A stretch of DNA of 64,000 bases, taken from Tubulanus polymorphus. Its lineage: Eukaryota > Animalia > Nemertea. The translations under genes and the position numbers were made by a program. Numbering within the stretch: the stretch's first letter is position 1; every line of letters starts with the position of its first letter. The stretch spans positions 6,510,001 to 6,574,000 of the forward strand of contig NC_134031.1 in assembly GCF_964204645.1 (NCBI RefSeq). Reading direction: 5' to 3'. Below are positions 51,672 to 64,000 of this stretch, one piece after another. The notes below the pieces were generated by a model. The model searched no databases, was not told where the DNA came from, and was given only the letters and a program-made list of their open reading frames with translations.

Positions 51672-54600
51672 CTGATTTAAGAAACAGTTTATCGCTCAGC
51701 GTGAAGCTATGACAACATTTGGCGATCATTATGAACCATTAAGCACATGCCGGGTAAGTCTATTAAAATACGAGTCGTTTGACTGTGAAATCTACGCACT
51801 CCACCAGTTACGTATAACAAAACAATACTAGTGCTCGTGAATATTTCAGAATGATTTGCTGCTGAGTTATTTGAAGATATTTGCACTGATCGGGTGTCTG
51901 CCATTATTCAAGGTATCACGTGATGCGTTGCTCTTGGAGTTGAAACTGATATGCCGCGACCGAGCCAGTCAGAGAAAATCGGCTAATATAAGTTTGACAA
52001 CCCTTCTCCCAATTAAACCTATACGCTTAGGCTCGCGCATCAGTTTTCACCTTGCGTACCATATTCAGCCGAAGGATAGAAACGAATTTAAACTCAGAAA
52101 TTAATGCTCCACATGAATAATCTTATATAAATGAAATTTACTAAGCTATCCTTATAAAACTTCGGAATGATTCAGAATTTACGATTTGAATGAACGAATG
52201 ATTTATTTACTTTATAATATGTACAAGATTATAAACATAATTTCCTTGTATATAATTGCATAGTATATAATTAGGGGGATTGCCCTGAAAAGAATGAGAA
52301 TTTTAGAAGCCTATCACGAAAACCATGAAATCTTGTTGGTTTTTCTTTGCTAATCCTACGATTAAGAATGAACAATCCTTAGAAAATCACAGGGATTTCG
52401 TAGCTTTCGTGATCTAAAAATTTCTCTGTGTTTTGAGGTGATGTAGATTTTCTGATCATCACCGAAAGGTAAGCACGTAGACCGCGAGTTTGGTTTTTAA
52501 AGTACCTATTTTTTCTTATTTGCGATATATTTGTGCTAACAAGACCCGACATGTCAGCATTGTCGTTTAATTTTCTTCGATCTCCCATCAATTATCCGAG
52601 CCTTCGATTTACCAGTCAGTAAGTTCTTACACACCGCACACACACACACACACACCACTACTGCTCGGCGACTTGATATAAGGCATAGTCTCAATCAATG
52701 TTCAGTTCGACATCACATCCAACTTGTCAATAATGGATTTCCATCGGGGAGATTTCTCTGGTCATGATGTACGATGCATGAAATTGGACGTTTGCCTCTG
52801 TTTATGAAATGGAGGGTCGCGATTTAATGGACACGAACGCGCTTAAACGGCCGTATTCTAGATAACGCGTGAGGTATCGTCCCAGTCGCAGTTTGGGTCT
52901 GATTTTTGACTCGAGATATGATTTCATTTTCGGTAACTTTGATTACGACAAGCCAGATTTAAGCTGTCGATTTATCATAATTCCGGGTTGATAACACCCA
53001 AATGATTGGTTCCCTCGGACGTGTAATTCAATGGGGTACCCGCACCCGCACCGCTACTGTGACAATTCCACGTGAGGCGGGCGAGGATCCATCAGGTTCG
53101 CTAGCAGATAGATGTTCTTCCGCGTTCGATTAAAACAGAGTGAACTTCTTTCTTGAATGAATCAATCATTGATGATAACTTTACCAATATCCGAATAGAA
53201 GAATGAAAGCATTGTATATTTGGTAGGTGTTGTGATAGGATTCGGGTATCTAGAAATTCAGTTCATTTGAAAATGGACTCATTTTGACAACGTACGACCA
53301 ACTACTTGTCCCGCCATCTGGTAGGATAGCTGGTGAGGGTTCTCAATTGAAAAACCCCTAAAATTATGAAGAAACACGAAAAATAATATTGACGTTTCGA
53401 TTCAATTGTATGAGTTATTTTCATAAAACTTTCATATGCGCAATGTTAAAGATATCGTTACAACTAAGTCTTGCATATTAAATCAGTTTTGATTATGTTT
53501 CTTAGAATTCAGTCGTCGAAATGTCATTGCTCTCTTAGTTTGCTTGTGGGTTTTTCTAGAAATGAAAATGGACGTTTCTTGAAACTTGAAACAAATAGAA
53601 ACGTAAGATAGGCTTATTTTAGCGTTTCTGTGAATGAAAACCGACGGATCCAAATGTTTGGACAAAAACGACTGCGCCGCAATTTAGCGTTTGGATTCCC
53701 TTCCGCTCTAATCGTAGAGCGTTGTGTGTAGTACACAATAAATTCTAGCAAACTAGTCTCGTTGCAGGAAAGTCAATTAATTAAGTCAATTAACGATAAA
53801 ATCGGGCACTGGAGCGCTATCAATTTAATTTCGCTTGACGTAAAACGGTTAAAAGTAATGCGAGCTCGCTGTTTAATCAATAGATCTGGGGAATAACATC
53901 ACGTGCCTGCTGAGATGCCGTCTAAGACCTGCAGCGAGCGTTCTCAAATTACTGGCTACTCATCCATTATATATGATTAGAATTAGCTCACTGAAATCTG
54001 CATTTCTAATGCACTGGCTTCAAATTTCATCTTAACATTTTCTTGGCCTCTATAATCTGTCTTAATCTCTTTTAAAGAACTCTTGAAATCTTTCCGATGC
54101 TCCTTCCTTTTACGACGAGTGAACTGAATGATCACATAGCTATATGACGTCACGTGCAAGATGCATATGTATAGTTGAGTTTTTACGGCTTTACAATGAT
54201 GTTTTTATACATTGATAACTGCTATGCGTTATTTAAAGGGGTCGATGTGCACAACGTCATCAATATCGATGTTTCAAAATAACAATTATATACAACTGAA
54301 TGTGGCTTAAGTTTTATAATTAACTATACTTCGTGACTCTTATTTTCTGTTCGAAAAATTTCTAGGTGTTTTTGATAATGAATCTTAGCGGTGTGCTCTA
54401 CGTCATCAATATTGGGGCTAGCACTGGTTGTCGGTCAATCCAATTCAATTGTCGATATATTCAAATTCAAAATAACTTTATTGATGCTTAATGTCATATA
54501 ATGTTATTCATTGTCGATAATATTAGACAATGTATATGTGTTTATTTTCAAGGCGTCAATTAACTTTCAAGTTAGTTTTCTTGTTATTCGCCTTTCATCG

Positions 54601-55309
54601 AAGTTCTAAAGCCAGTTCATTTTGATTCGATTACGTTAAACTAAAAATAGATGCGCTCTGGAAAGTCTGCAAGTTTGGCCGACGTAAACCGTCTGATTTT
54701 ATGGAGCGAAAATTTCATTGACTTCTTCGCACGTCATTATTTCAGACACACTTAACGACGATTTTAACGCGACATTTTACACGTCGTATTTCAATAAATG
54801 ACGCTCGTCGTCTTCGCGCGCGCGTTTACAAGTCATTAAACTTGCAACACGTTTCGCGTGAACTGCTGCCGACTCGTATCCGCCGCTCGGTGACTATCAC
54901 CACCGGCAAATTGTCAATTCTTATCCCTAATGTGCGTTACACTCTGACCTATGGTGCCGTAAATTTATTAAATCAGGTAGATATGGAATCCGCCAAATTT
55001 AACTACACGGCGCCGAGATGATACTCTCGCAGTCGCAACGGGCGCGTATATGCCGTGGCAGACGATAATGAACAGAAATTAAGTGTAGAGTCTCCGAAAC
55101 CCGTAGAGACCTAAAGCTGCTGCAACTGCTCTGATATTCTTGTTACCGATCGAAATCTTTCTCAGAAATTTCTCAGTTAAGTATGATGAGGTTGATAGCG
55201 TAACAATTTTCGATTTTCTCTCCACGGTAAATAAAACTTTGAGAGTTAAATTCCGTGCTGCGAATCCCATATTATTGGTAACGGTCCATCTCATGATGCT
55301 ACGTGACTG

Positions 55310-55440
55310 ACACTTTGACGCGGTGTAGTGGCTTGTGTGCCTCTATGGCCCCTGTGAGCTATGCTGGTGGGGGTATAATATCTCCAGGTAGGTTCACCCA
55401 TACCAGACAGGTCTAGGGGTAGAGGCCAGACGAAGATCAG
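55310..55440 (+). mobile_element. Remnant of an RTE-clade LINE 5'-UTR conserved region
   Basis: GGCTTGTGTGCCTC...GAGCTATGC...CACCCA..CCAGACAGGTC..GGGTAGAGGCCAGACGAAGA resembles the conserved 5' end of RTE (BovB/Expander-like) elements. Recalled similarity, not a search result. Confidence 0.5.
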
Positions 55441-56124
55441 TCGTTTTCAAATTTCGTTGATTGTTCAAAACAGAGACTTTCGATTTGGCGTTGCCACAAT
55501 TACGGTGTCTATTTTTCTCTACATGTATTTCGTAGTCAACCTATGGCTACAGTGATGGCCTTGTCGTATTGTCATTTTTTAGGTATAATAGTTGTCCAAG
55601 AATATATGGCATTCATATATGACTTTCTCAATACTTATCACATCTGCGTCACTCATAAATCTGAAAGTATGTTGTTACTTCGTTGATCCCCGGCCCTCTG
55701 CGCAGACTCCTAGCCCGGTTCTAAAAAAGGTTTAATCTATGTCGCTAATGAAGTGGAAATACAACTCATTCATTTTCAGTTATCCTCAAATCCGGTACCG
55801 TTACCAGATTTTTAGATCAATTGGGTAAATTACTGGTCAACCGGTTCTCTTACTGAAGGTCGATTCTTTCTTATACAAGATATCGAGTCTTATATAGAAT
55901 ATCAATGAAAACACAACTAAACACACAATAGATACATTGCGCGCACGACAAGAACATGGCATGAATAGTGAGTATCTTTTAGCGCAGTTCGTTCAACCCT
56001 TCTTCATCACCGGCGAACCTCGGTTATGAATCGACAATTTACGAATTAATTGAGACCGAACTACATGTATTTGATATCATCCGAAAATAGTGAACCACGT
56101 GATTGAGCACAGTTAACCAACCAG

Positions 56125-56534
56125 GGCCCAGTTGCTAAAAAGTTAGCTGAAATATGCGACGGATAAATACCATAGTAACAATGAACTTTTGATTGTTACT
56201 TTTTCAACTATCCACTGGCGACTGTACCAACTTTTGAGAAACTGGTCCTGGGGCCGGTTGCATAGTCATGGCTTAGACTTAAGACCAATCTAAGACCAAA
56301 TTAGTTCTATAGACAATCTTACAACTTAAGATCAGCCTTAAGAGTTAAGACCACTTTTGGACTTAAGTCACGACTGTGCAACTGGCCCCTGGAGTCTTGC
56401 CATATATACCAACCTGAGATAACCAGGGCCCGGTTTTATAGACAGGTATTAACTTAACCCGGGGGCTAACTCAATTCATGTTCAAATGAGTTAACCCCCG
56501 GGTTAGATATAATACCAGTCTATAAAACCGGGCC
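56125..56534. mobile_element. Cluster of three different Harbinger-like MITEs (B 56125-56247, A 56251-56388 with CTG TSD, C 56427-56534 with CAG TSD)
   Basis: Termini GG(G)CC(C)RGTT...AACYG(G)GCC(C); identical 3-bp CWG flanks verified for A and C. Confidence 0.85.
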
Positions 56535-56692
56535 CAGGAGATTTGCAAACTTCGCGGATCCGACAAGAATCACTTACTGTGTTTGCCAGCTTATCTGGCG
56601 GAGTCATGTCGAAAAGCATGGCCTCGAGACCTCTAGACTAACTCTAGGAAAGTCGAAGTTTGTCTCTACTCTTGCAGAGGGGGACCAGTGCT

Positions 56693-56822
56693 GGGACCAG
56701 TGTTGCCCAAAGGTTGGTTGAAAATAACCGGCGGATTGATACCAAGTCACAGTGAAGTTTCAATTGTCACTATGTCAGCTCTCTGCTGGTTAACTCTAAC
56801 CAACTTTTGAGCAACTAGCCCT
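56693..56822. mobile_element. Harbinger-like MITE (family B)
   Basis: GGGACCAGTGTTGCCCAAAGGTTGGTTG...CCAACTTTTGAGCAACTAGCCC. Confidence 0.65.
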
Positions 56823-57667
56823 AGATCTACGGATTCCGCCATCTTAATATCTTCATTAGCAACCTTAAACTGATCTAAGGATTTTAACCTCATTTGTGAT
56901 GTAGTTTAGAATTTACACCAAAATACACCAATTTTATTTAACACTTTTTCATGAATTTGACTGAAGATTTTATACTGGATATTCAAAACTCAGAATTAAG
57001 AGTTTACACTAATTTTTTTGAGTTTAACTTTTTCGTGAAACCGGGCCCAGGTCTACTGGTCTTCAGTATTCAAAAATCACACGTCGCAACTTGAAACCTC
57101 GCCCATCTCCTCTGGTTAAACGGACCACGGGTAGCCAATGTCGAAACGTATAATTAATCAATTAATTAATCCATCTAATGTCCCAAACGCTAAATCATCA
57201 CAAAACGTCATTTGTCAGAGTTGGAATTCCCGAGTGTGATGTTTGGGGGGTCAACTCGGAGAAATTGTTCCATTTCAAATAGATAGTAAATCGACTAAAT
57301 AGCGTAACAACTATTCATGGAAAGGCATCAATATTTATATTCTATCGAACTCAAGAGAGACGAGCTTATAAACACGAATTGAGATCGGAATTATTTTTAC
57401 GGCCCTCGCGAGTGTCGTCACGAGATAATTTGACGATTCGTTTATTACAGAATGACAAGCCGACTACATACACGCGTACGCATAATGAATACAAATCAAA
57501 CAGATAGCTGACGAATGCTTTTTGCGATTTTTATCGTACGACATATTTAGATTCGAATGTAATTTCATTGAATTGATTAATACTAGAAGAAGCTATGTTC
57601 GTCATGGGTTCAATCTTTGAGCAACCATGTCATTATTGAGATGATTGGCGTAGGTTCGATTCGCCCC

Positions 57668-57977
57668 TGGGTCCAGTTCCACTCTAGGGGGACAGTTCCA
57701 TAGTCAGGGCTCAGACTTAAGACCAGTCAGTAACCATCAGACTAGTTCTATTAACTCTCTAACAATTTAAGACCAGTCTTAATTAAGACAACTTTCTGGT
57801 CTTAAATCTCGACTATGGAACCGGCCCCAGGGACCGGTTGCATAGTCATGGCTTAGACTTAAGACCAGTCTAAGACCAACTTTGTTCTATAGCTATTCTA
57901 ACAAATTAAGACCGGTCTTAAGATTTAAGACCACTTTTGGACTTAAGCCAAAACTGGATTTAATTTTTGACCCTGGA
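57668..57977. mobile_element. Chain of Harbinger-like MITEs (stub + two family A copies joined at CAG)
   Basis: ...CTATGGAACCGGCCC-CAG-GGACCGGTTGCATAGTCATGGCTTAGACTTAAGACC...; partial family A copies also at ~41853-41935 and ~47540-47650. Confidence 0.78.
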
Positions 57978-58623
57978 CTACTGAAACTTCAACTCACAGT
58001 AAGGGTTGAAAAGGGGGCCACAGAAATACATGCAAGGGGTATTTGCCCCCCCCCCCCACATAAAGTCACTGTTACAAATTATCGACTTCTTCTAGCGTAA
58101 GTAATTACGAATATTACAAGCTATTAGACGTGACGAGACGTGATGATACCTCGCTTACCACAGTCTGTTCGGAGCAGACGAGACTCCGTCGATTGACTGG
58201 TGATATATATTCCGTTTTGGGACCGCAAGTGAATTGTTTCCAAACCAATGAACTTTCTTACTAAGAAGGTTCGCATGGCCATATAGGCATATGAAAGATT
58301 ATTCCTGTGAGTCCAAGCGCAAGACAGTAATAAACATAGATACGTAAATGCAATAACCATATTTATGTGTATAAAAACAAGTTATGCTCTTTGATGGCGC
58401 CCAGTGCCTTGACCTTAAATTCATGTAACTGTTTTTCTTTTTTTTCATATCAGATTTTTTTCGATCCTTGGTTAAGGAGCAATCCACATAATTTGCTTCC
58501 ACCGAGTCCAACTCTGATTTTAATTGTTTCAATCAACACTATGGAATGTCTATGAAGCAATTGTATTTCACTACAACTGTTGCTATAATATTTGAATAAC
58601 CCTCCTCTACGAAGCACGCCCCG

Positions 58624-59086
58624 ATCGACAGGCCCGTGCCGCGGGGAGAAGGAATAGAACGAGCCCCCTGAACGCCCTTCAAAAAGTCATTGTAAAAATT
58701 TGGATATGTCAAACATGGTGGATTTAGGTTCCAATTTCCGGTTCTGACTAGCGCCATCAAACGAGTAATTCAAGAACTTGAATTTGTCGATATCCCGTAT
58801 AGGAAAAGGGTAGATTTTAGGAAAATGGTAAAGGGTCAAACTGTATCTTTGTTTTGAATCATTCATAAAAGTGTTCAGTTACTTGTAGATATCAATATTG
58901 GACATGAATATTATAAATTCAACGTCATAAAAATCATAGATGAGACGTTGTTTAAGTTAAGGTTATCGAAAAAACCATATTCAAGATCTGCGCTCAAATA
59001 GAAAGTGCCCGTTTTCAAGGTGATAACGTGCCCTTTTTCTTGAAATAGCACTGCCCCACAAAAAGCTCGGTACGGGCCTAGTCGAT
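58624..59086. mobile_element. Possible MITE with short TIRs
   Basis: ATCGACAGGCCCGTGCCG ... CGGTACGGGCCTAGTCGAT inverted ends with internal GTGCCC motifs; no clear TSD. Confidence 0.4.
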
Positions 59087-61108
59087 AGAAAGCCCCAATA
59101 TCATGTATGTATGATTACCCTAATGGTAGGCCTGCCATTTCGCAATCTTCGATAAAAACACAATATCGCAAACTCCTCAAATCTTGATTGTTAACAACAT
59201 AATAAGAAATGATACTAAAGTCTTGTTGGTGTGAGTGTTTCTATCCCTGGTTATCAAATATGAATGTTGCACTGCTCTCGTTTTCGTGGATTTTATTGAC
59301 CGTTGCATTGTGAACGTTTGTTATCACATGATGATAGTCGTTCACCAGCCAGACGTCTAACATATAGACAACGAGACATATCTACACTAATGAGTTCCAT
59401 AAATTAACCCGAATAAATCGTTCGGAATGACATCGCTCGCTTATAGGATCCCTTCACGTTCTGGAATTATCGCTATGAACTAATTTTTTCGTGAGATCTA
59501 TTTTCCTGCGTAATTCCGCGGTATAGTTTACGATTTGATTATTACACGCGTCGGTATTCAATGTTTTCCGAGTCCCGCAAAGTTATTGGTCATGATGCAA
59601 ATCGTCCAAGAAAGAAAAATACATACCGTAGACCCTCCTTTTACTCGGACTTCTGACTCGGTTTTTTTTACTCATACTTGCAGGGTTCGATCTTAGGAAT
59701 AAAAGCCATTTGTCCGTGGGGCAAGCATATCTGAAATTTTGCTTCCCCCCCCCCAAAAAAAAAGAAAATCAGCTTGCCCGACATAGTGGCACAATCATCC
59801 GTTGTATCGAGTGGGAAAAAGCTCTAAGAAAATTGCACTAGACCGGTGGATAATATTACGTAACCTATTAGCCCTAATGAAAATATACTTGTCCTGGGCA
59901 ATCAGACAGTTTCGGTGCTCATATCAGACCCTGAATGGAACAAAAATAAATGATTTTTCGGACTTCACAACGAAAAAGAGTGCTACAACCGACCGTTTTG
60001 ACCGACAATGCGGCAATGGATTGCTATCATCGGTGAATCTATAAGTCATGTCGCATATGATTTAATGTAGTGTCACATTTCGTTCGAGCTATGAAAATCG
60101 CTATATAGATCAGATTCGTGACGCAAAATTGAGACTAATAAAGAAAAAAGCTTTATACGAGAAGCCCGGATAAAAACATTCAGTCAAAACATGCGATCAT
60201 TATTACCCTTCGCTTAAATATGTATCGGAAATGATACATACACTGACCATAGAAATTATTCATAGTCACAAAAAAACTAATGTTCGATAATCGTCCCCTG
60301 GTCGGAGTTTATTGCTTTTACATATGTGCGCAACAGTTTTTTCACGATAAATCATTCATAACTCCAGGTCAACACGCTGCGCGCTCAGTTACCGGGAGTG
60401 GACGCTATCCACACGATAAGCGAGGCTATACGTGTTCGGTGAGTCCGATTACGCTATAGGCTTTGCCAAGAACCTCAGTGTCTGATGTTACCACGGAATG
60501 GGTACGCTAGGATCGTATAGAGCGACGGAGATCACTGTGGATACAACCATCACTTCCAGGAGCGGGTGAAGCTATAACCCACGATCACACGAGGACGATT
60601 TGTCCCGGGGCAAATTTTTCCCTATCAGGCCTGAGTCAAATTAGGGCAATGCCAAATGAGAGAGCGCGCTCGCACGCAACCACTCACTCGATAGGGCCTA
60701 CTAGAAATACTCAGACAAAGCGAAGTGAGTCATTTCCGGAACCAGTATGCAATGATTTCCCCCTTTGCTAAAATTTGGCGGTTTTTGGCAAACAGACACC
60801 CGTGTGAACAGTTTTTCCTGGACAAATTTGTCACAGGTAAAACTTGGCCTGAGCCAGAAATGCTCGCGTGATCGTGGCTATAAGCAAGATTCGATCGTAA
60901 TCCTAAGAAGCCTTTGCAACGACAGATGCAAGGAAGTAAACCATTTCAGTATAGAAGTTTCCAATCAAATTATTTCGTAACAACAATTCAACAATTTATT
61001 CAAAAAATATTACGTAACGAAAATTATATTTCGATCCCGTATCCTTCCGAAAATAAAATCATTAGGAACAAGAAGTTGGAATTACTGAGACTAAAAACAC
61101 GTCTAGTG

Positions 61109-62005
61109 TTACGGATAAGCCAAGGGACTATTGGTTGGTTGTAGAGGAATCGGGTTATTTTGAACGACCGGTGTTTTCTGCTGGCAACATTCACAGCAGT
61201 AACACGAAGCGACGATATCCCCGATAGCTATAGACAGATATAGAAGACATTGAATAGTTGATATTATATAAGACATCCACCCTAACGGTATGTAATGCAT
61301 CCATTTCAGAAATAGTGATAGCCAACCGGCCGTACGAGCGGCCAAAGAGAACCCGGTGAAACTACTGATACACACTCCAATACTGATCAGGAGCGTTCCT
61401 TTCACGTGCTGTTCGGTTTTAGTTTTAGCTGCGTTGTTGGCTATCAACGCAAATGCGATCTGTGGTATACCGACCCAGAACCCAGTATAATCTAGACTAA
61501 CCCAACCGTGGCTCAAAACCAATGCTACGATTCCTAGTACTATAGCAATGATACCCGCAATGAGTAGGAAAATAGACACTGAACGGAGAGCATTGGCTCG
61601 AAGACGATGTCTTATTGGCTGCTGGTTAGTGGCAATGACGGCTTGCGGATCTTGATGATGCACCTGAACAACCATGGGACCTTGCATCTGACCTGTCATT
61701 ATAGCAGGAGGACCTTGCATCTGATCCGTCGTCGTGTAGCCTTGCTGCATATTCCCCGGAGTTCCTGGTTGCATGATAACATTTCCTTGCGCAATGTTTC
61801 CCTGAAGGTGAGGTGTCACCGCGAAGCCTGGTCGTACTTGTTGTTGCGGTTGAGGAGAGGTCTGTAGCTGGGGGTAAACTTGCTGTTGCACCATTCCTCC
61901 AGCGTAATGAGGAGATCCACCACTTTGCGGCGGAATAACAGGTAGCGGAGGAATGTATTCTGGAGGTCCAGGGACGTCTTGCTGCGCCGGCACAGGCCCA
62001 TTCAT
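61109..62005 (-). CDS. MS4A/CD20-like four-transmembrane protein with a Pro/Gln-rich N-terminus, 298 aa
   Basis: Four hydrophobic helices, YTGFWVGIP motif at TM2 and a Cys cluster (SCYCCECC) after TM4, typical of the CD20/MS4A-like family. An acceptor at ~62023 suggests an upstream exon. Confidence 0.8.
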   Translation of the reverse strand: MNGPVPAQQDVPGPPEYIPPLPVIPPQSGGSPHYAGGMVQQQVYPQLQTSPQPQQQVRPGFAVTPHLQGNIAQGNVIMQPGTPGNMQQGYTTTDQMQGPPAIMTGQMQGPMVVQVHHQDPQAVIATNQQPIRHRLRANALRSVSIFLLIAGIIAIVLGIVALVLSHGWVSLDYTGFWVGIPQIAFALIANNAAKTKTEQHVKGTLLISIGVCISSFTGFSLAARTAGWLSLFLKWMHYIPLGWMSYIISTIQCLLYLSIAIGDIVASCYCCECCQQKTPVVQNNPIPLQPTNSPLAYP

Positions 62006-64000
62006 GTTGGGCTCAGGGTGATCTAATACAGAAAAGAAGACGGTATTTATCTAATAGATCCAGATCCCGTAAAATATCCACTTATAACAACGACAACATT
62101 AATTTGCTTACATGTGGTTTCATACAAACACTGATAAAGATTACCTTTCTCTTTACGTAAGATTATTGCGATGATATTAGTTCATTCAGGAAAGTGTTGA
62201 TATCGCAATCCTTCGGTAGTTAGTTAACGTTTACCATTGTTTTATTACTAGGGAAACTTTTCTTGGCCAGAGACTAGAGCAACACTGTTACTAAGGTTAC
62301 TCGAGGCATTGTTGTATCTGTTGTATCATGTCCCCTTGGTCCAGTTCCATTTGTGAGTTAACTCTGAGTTGAATTTTAACTCATAACCCGGTGGAACTGG
62401 GTCTTGAAAGCTTTCTGGCTAGTTGCCACGGGTTTTGGTGACCCCTCCCATCCGATTTGGAGCGGGTGACGAGAACATGCACAGCGGATTTTCCCTCGCA
62501 TCTGTGGTTGAAGTGAGTGACTAGTGAGTGACTGCAGGTTATCGGTCAACCGCTTCTGATCCCTCAAAGCCGTGGCACGGACGAATGGCCAGGACAGATA
62601 TATTGCTTTCGGGTGAACCGCTTCGTAGAAGAACCCATTAGAACTGAGAACTTACGTACACAATATTCTGTTTCTCGTACCAAACGATAAGCGTTGAGTA
62701 ATCTCTCAGCAGACGAAAAAGCTTTTTTGCAGCTGAATCATGCAATGTTTATGTAGGCTGTGTTACGTATATGATTTATGTTCTTAATCTTGCTCGGTTT
62801 TCAGTGTAGTCAGTCACTACATCGACCGAAATATTAATAAAGAGAGCTATTTAATTTTTCTAATCAAATCGATTTGTGATAAAGAGGGAAACTGCCGAAT
62901 GACATTAACGGGAATATCGTTAATTAACCAGATATTCTAATCACTCTTATCGTAATCCCGCAAAACGAATAAATCAGTAGTCTGGAGATGATACACTGGT
63001 GTCAAGAATGGGGGCATGTTCTCGCAGTTATGAAGTCAGAATAATGTCTAAAAACTTGAAATCAACTTTTGGACTCAAATTCGACCCCGAAATTACTGAT
63101 TCGTGCGACGAACGCGTGCACGAATATATCAACTTCCGCGCACCGGGCTTCGTCCGTCCAAGCAGACGAAATGTATATGTACGCCTGATCCGTTGGATAA
63201 ACCGGAATCAAGAGCTGTTAGTTAATTACCTAGAAAGGTGATTTACCCATCTAAACGCAGCTTGGTGTAAACGAGAGTTTTATGCCCGCTGAGAACATCA
63301 AATAGTTCATCAACGCGTCAGCCTTAATTCCGCGCAGTATTCCCTCACAACTCAGCGAGTAGACATTATCCCCCCTGTCCGATATCGTACCGTCTAGGTG
63401 AAATCATACTATCTTCGACAATGATTGATAGGGCGGTCTAATTTTCCAAGACCACGAAAGCGTGAGAGGCTAACTTGGTTAACCGAGAAAGTAAATCGAA
63501 GACATTTACTTTTTTCTGTCGGTGGTAATGGCATGGTTTTTTGTTGGCGAGTTTTCGAGAAGGCGATCAAATATACGTAGGAATTGCCGAAAACGTTTTC
63601 TGACGGCGGTCGCTGGTCACTTAGCCTGAGCAAAATCCGATCAATTTCGGTATAGCACGTGAATTCCGCTGTGTATATATCAATATGATATTGTGAGATG
63701 TCAGGATGAAGAATAGATGAAATCACGATTTGGTGATTTGCAGTTTCGCCTTCAAGGCACAGAGCTCGCGTCGCGCTACGGTTAGGAACACACTCTGAAC
63801 ACACACACAAGCTACTTACTCCTACACTCTCTCTTCTACACGTAGTACAAGTGACATCTCCGCGCTACAATCACCAAACTCGTGGATTATAGAATTAAGT
63901 CAGTTTTACCGCGAACGCGGATTAATCAGATTACATATATGGTAGGTAATATGTTTTTGAATTGACCGATATACCCGACGAGTAGTAGTTTGAAATATTT

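Noticed and set aside
60380-60600. GC-balanced segment considered as a hammerhead or other ribozyme
   Set aside because: It has CTGATGT rather than the CTGANGA core, and no matching GAAA/stem arrangement was found.

Overview
AT-rich, intron-containing animal DNA, most consistent with a marine invertebrate bilaterian (lophotrochozoan-like; this is an inference from gene content). No prokaryotic features were seen. Genes rebuilt by hand from GT-AG junctions: a frameshifted EGF-like + F-type lectin gene (-), three single-exon orphan class-A GPCRs (+), a 6-exon secreted S1 serine protease with a non-trypsin pocket (-), a 6-exon ionotropic glutamate receptor-like gene with no amino-terminal domain and a degenerate gate (-), a 3-exon RING-Bbox-Bbox-coiled coil-NHL (TRIM-NHL) gene (-), an MS4A/CD20-like tetraspan (-) and several small secreted-peptide genes. 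The most striking item is at 37.1-38.4 kb. One TATA promoter and non-coding leader exon sit above two tandemly duplicated terminal exons, each encoding a signal peptide + acidic pro-piece + short peptide. In one copy a frameshift changes the mature peptide from His/Gly/CPPxC to Trp/Pro-rich. Mobile DNA includes a 5.8-kb TIR element with a 4-bp TSD inserted in a 31-bp minisatellite, a six-unit hairpin array, LINE fragments, Tc1/mariner-type MITEs and chains of CWG-targeting Harbinger-like MITEs. All calls are by eye; no database searches were run.
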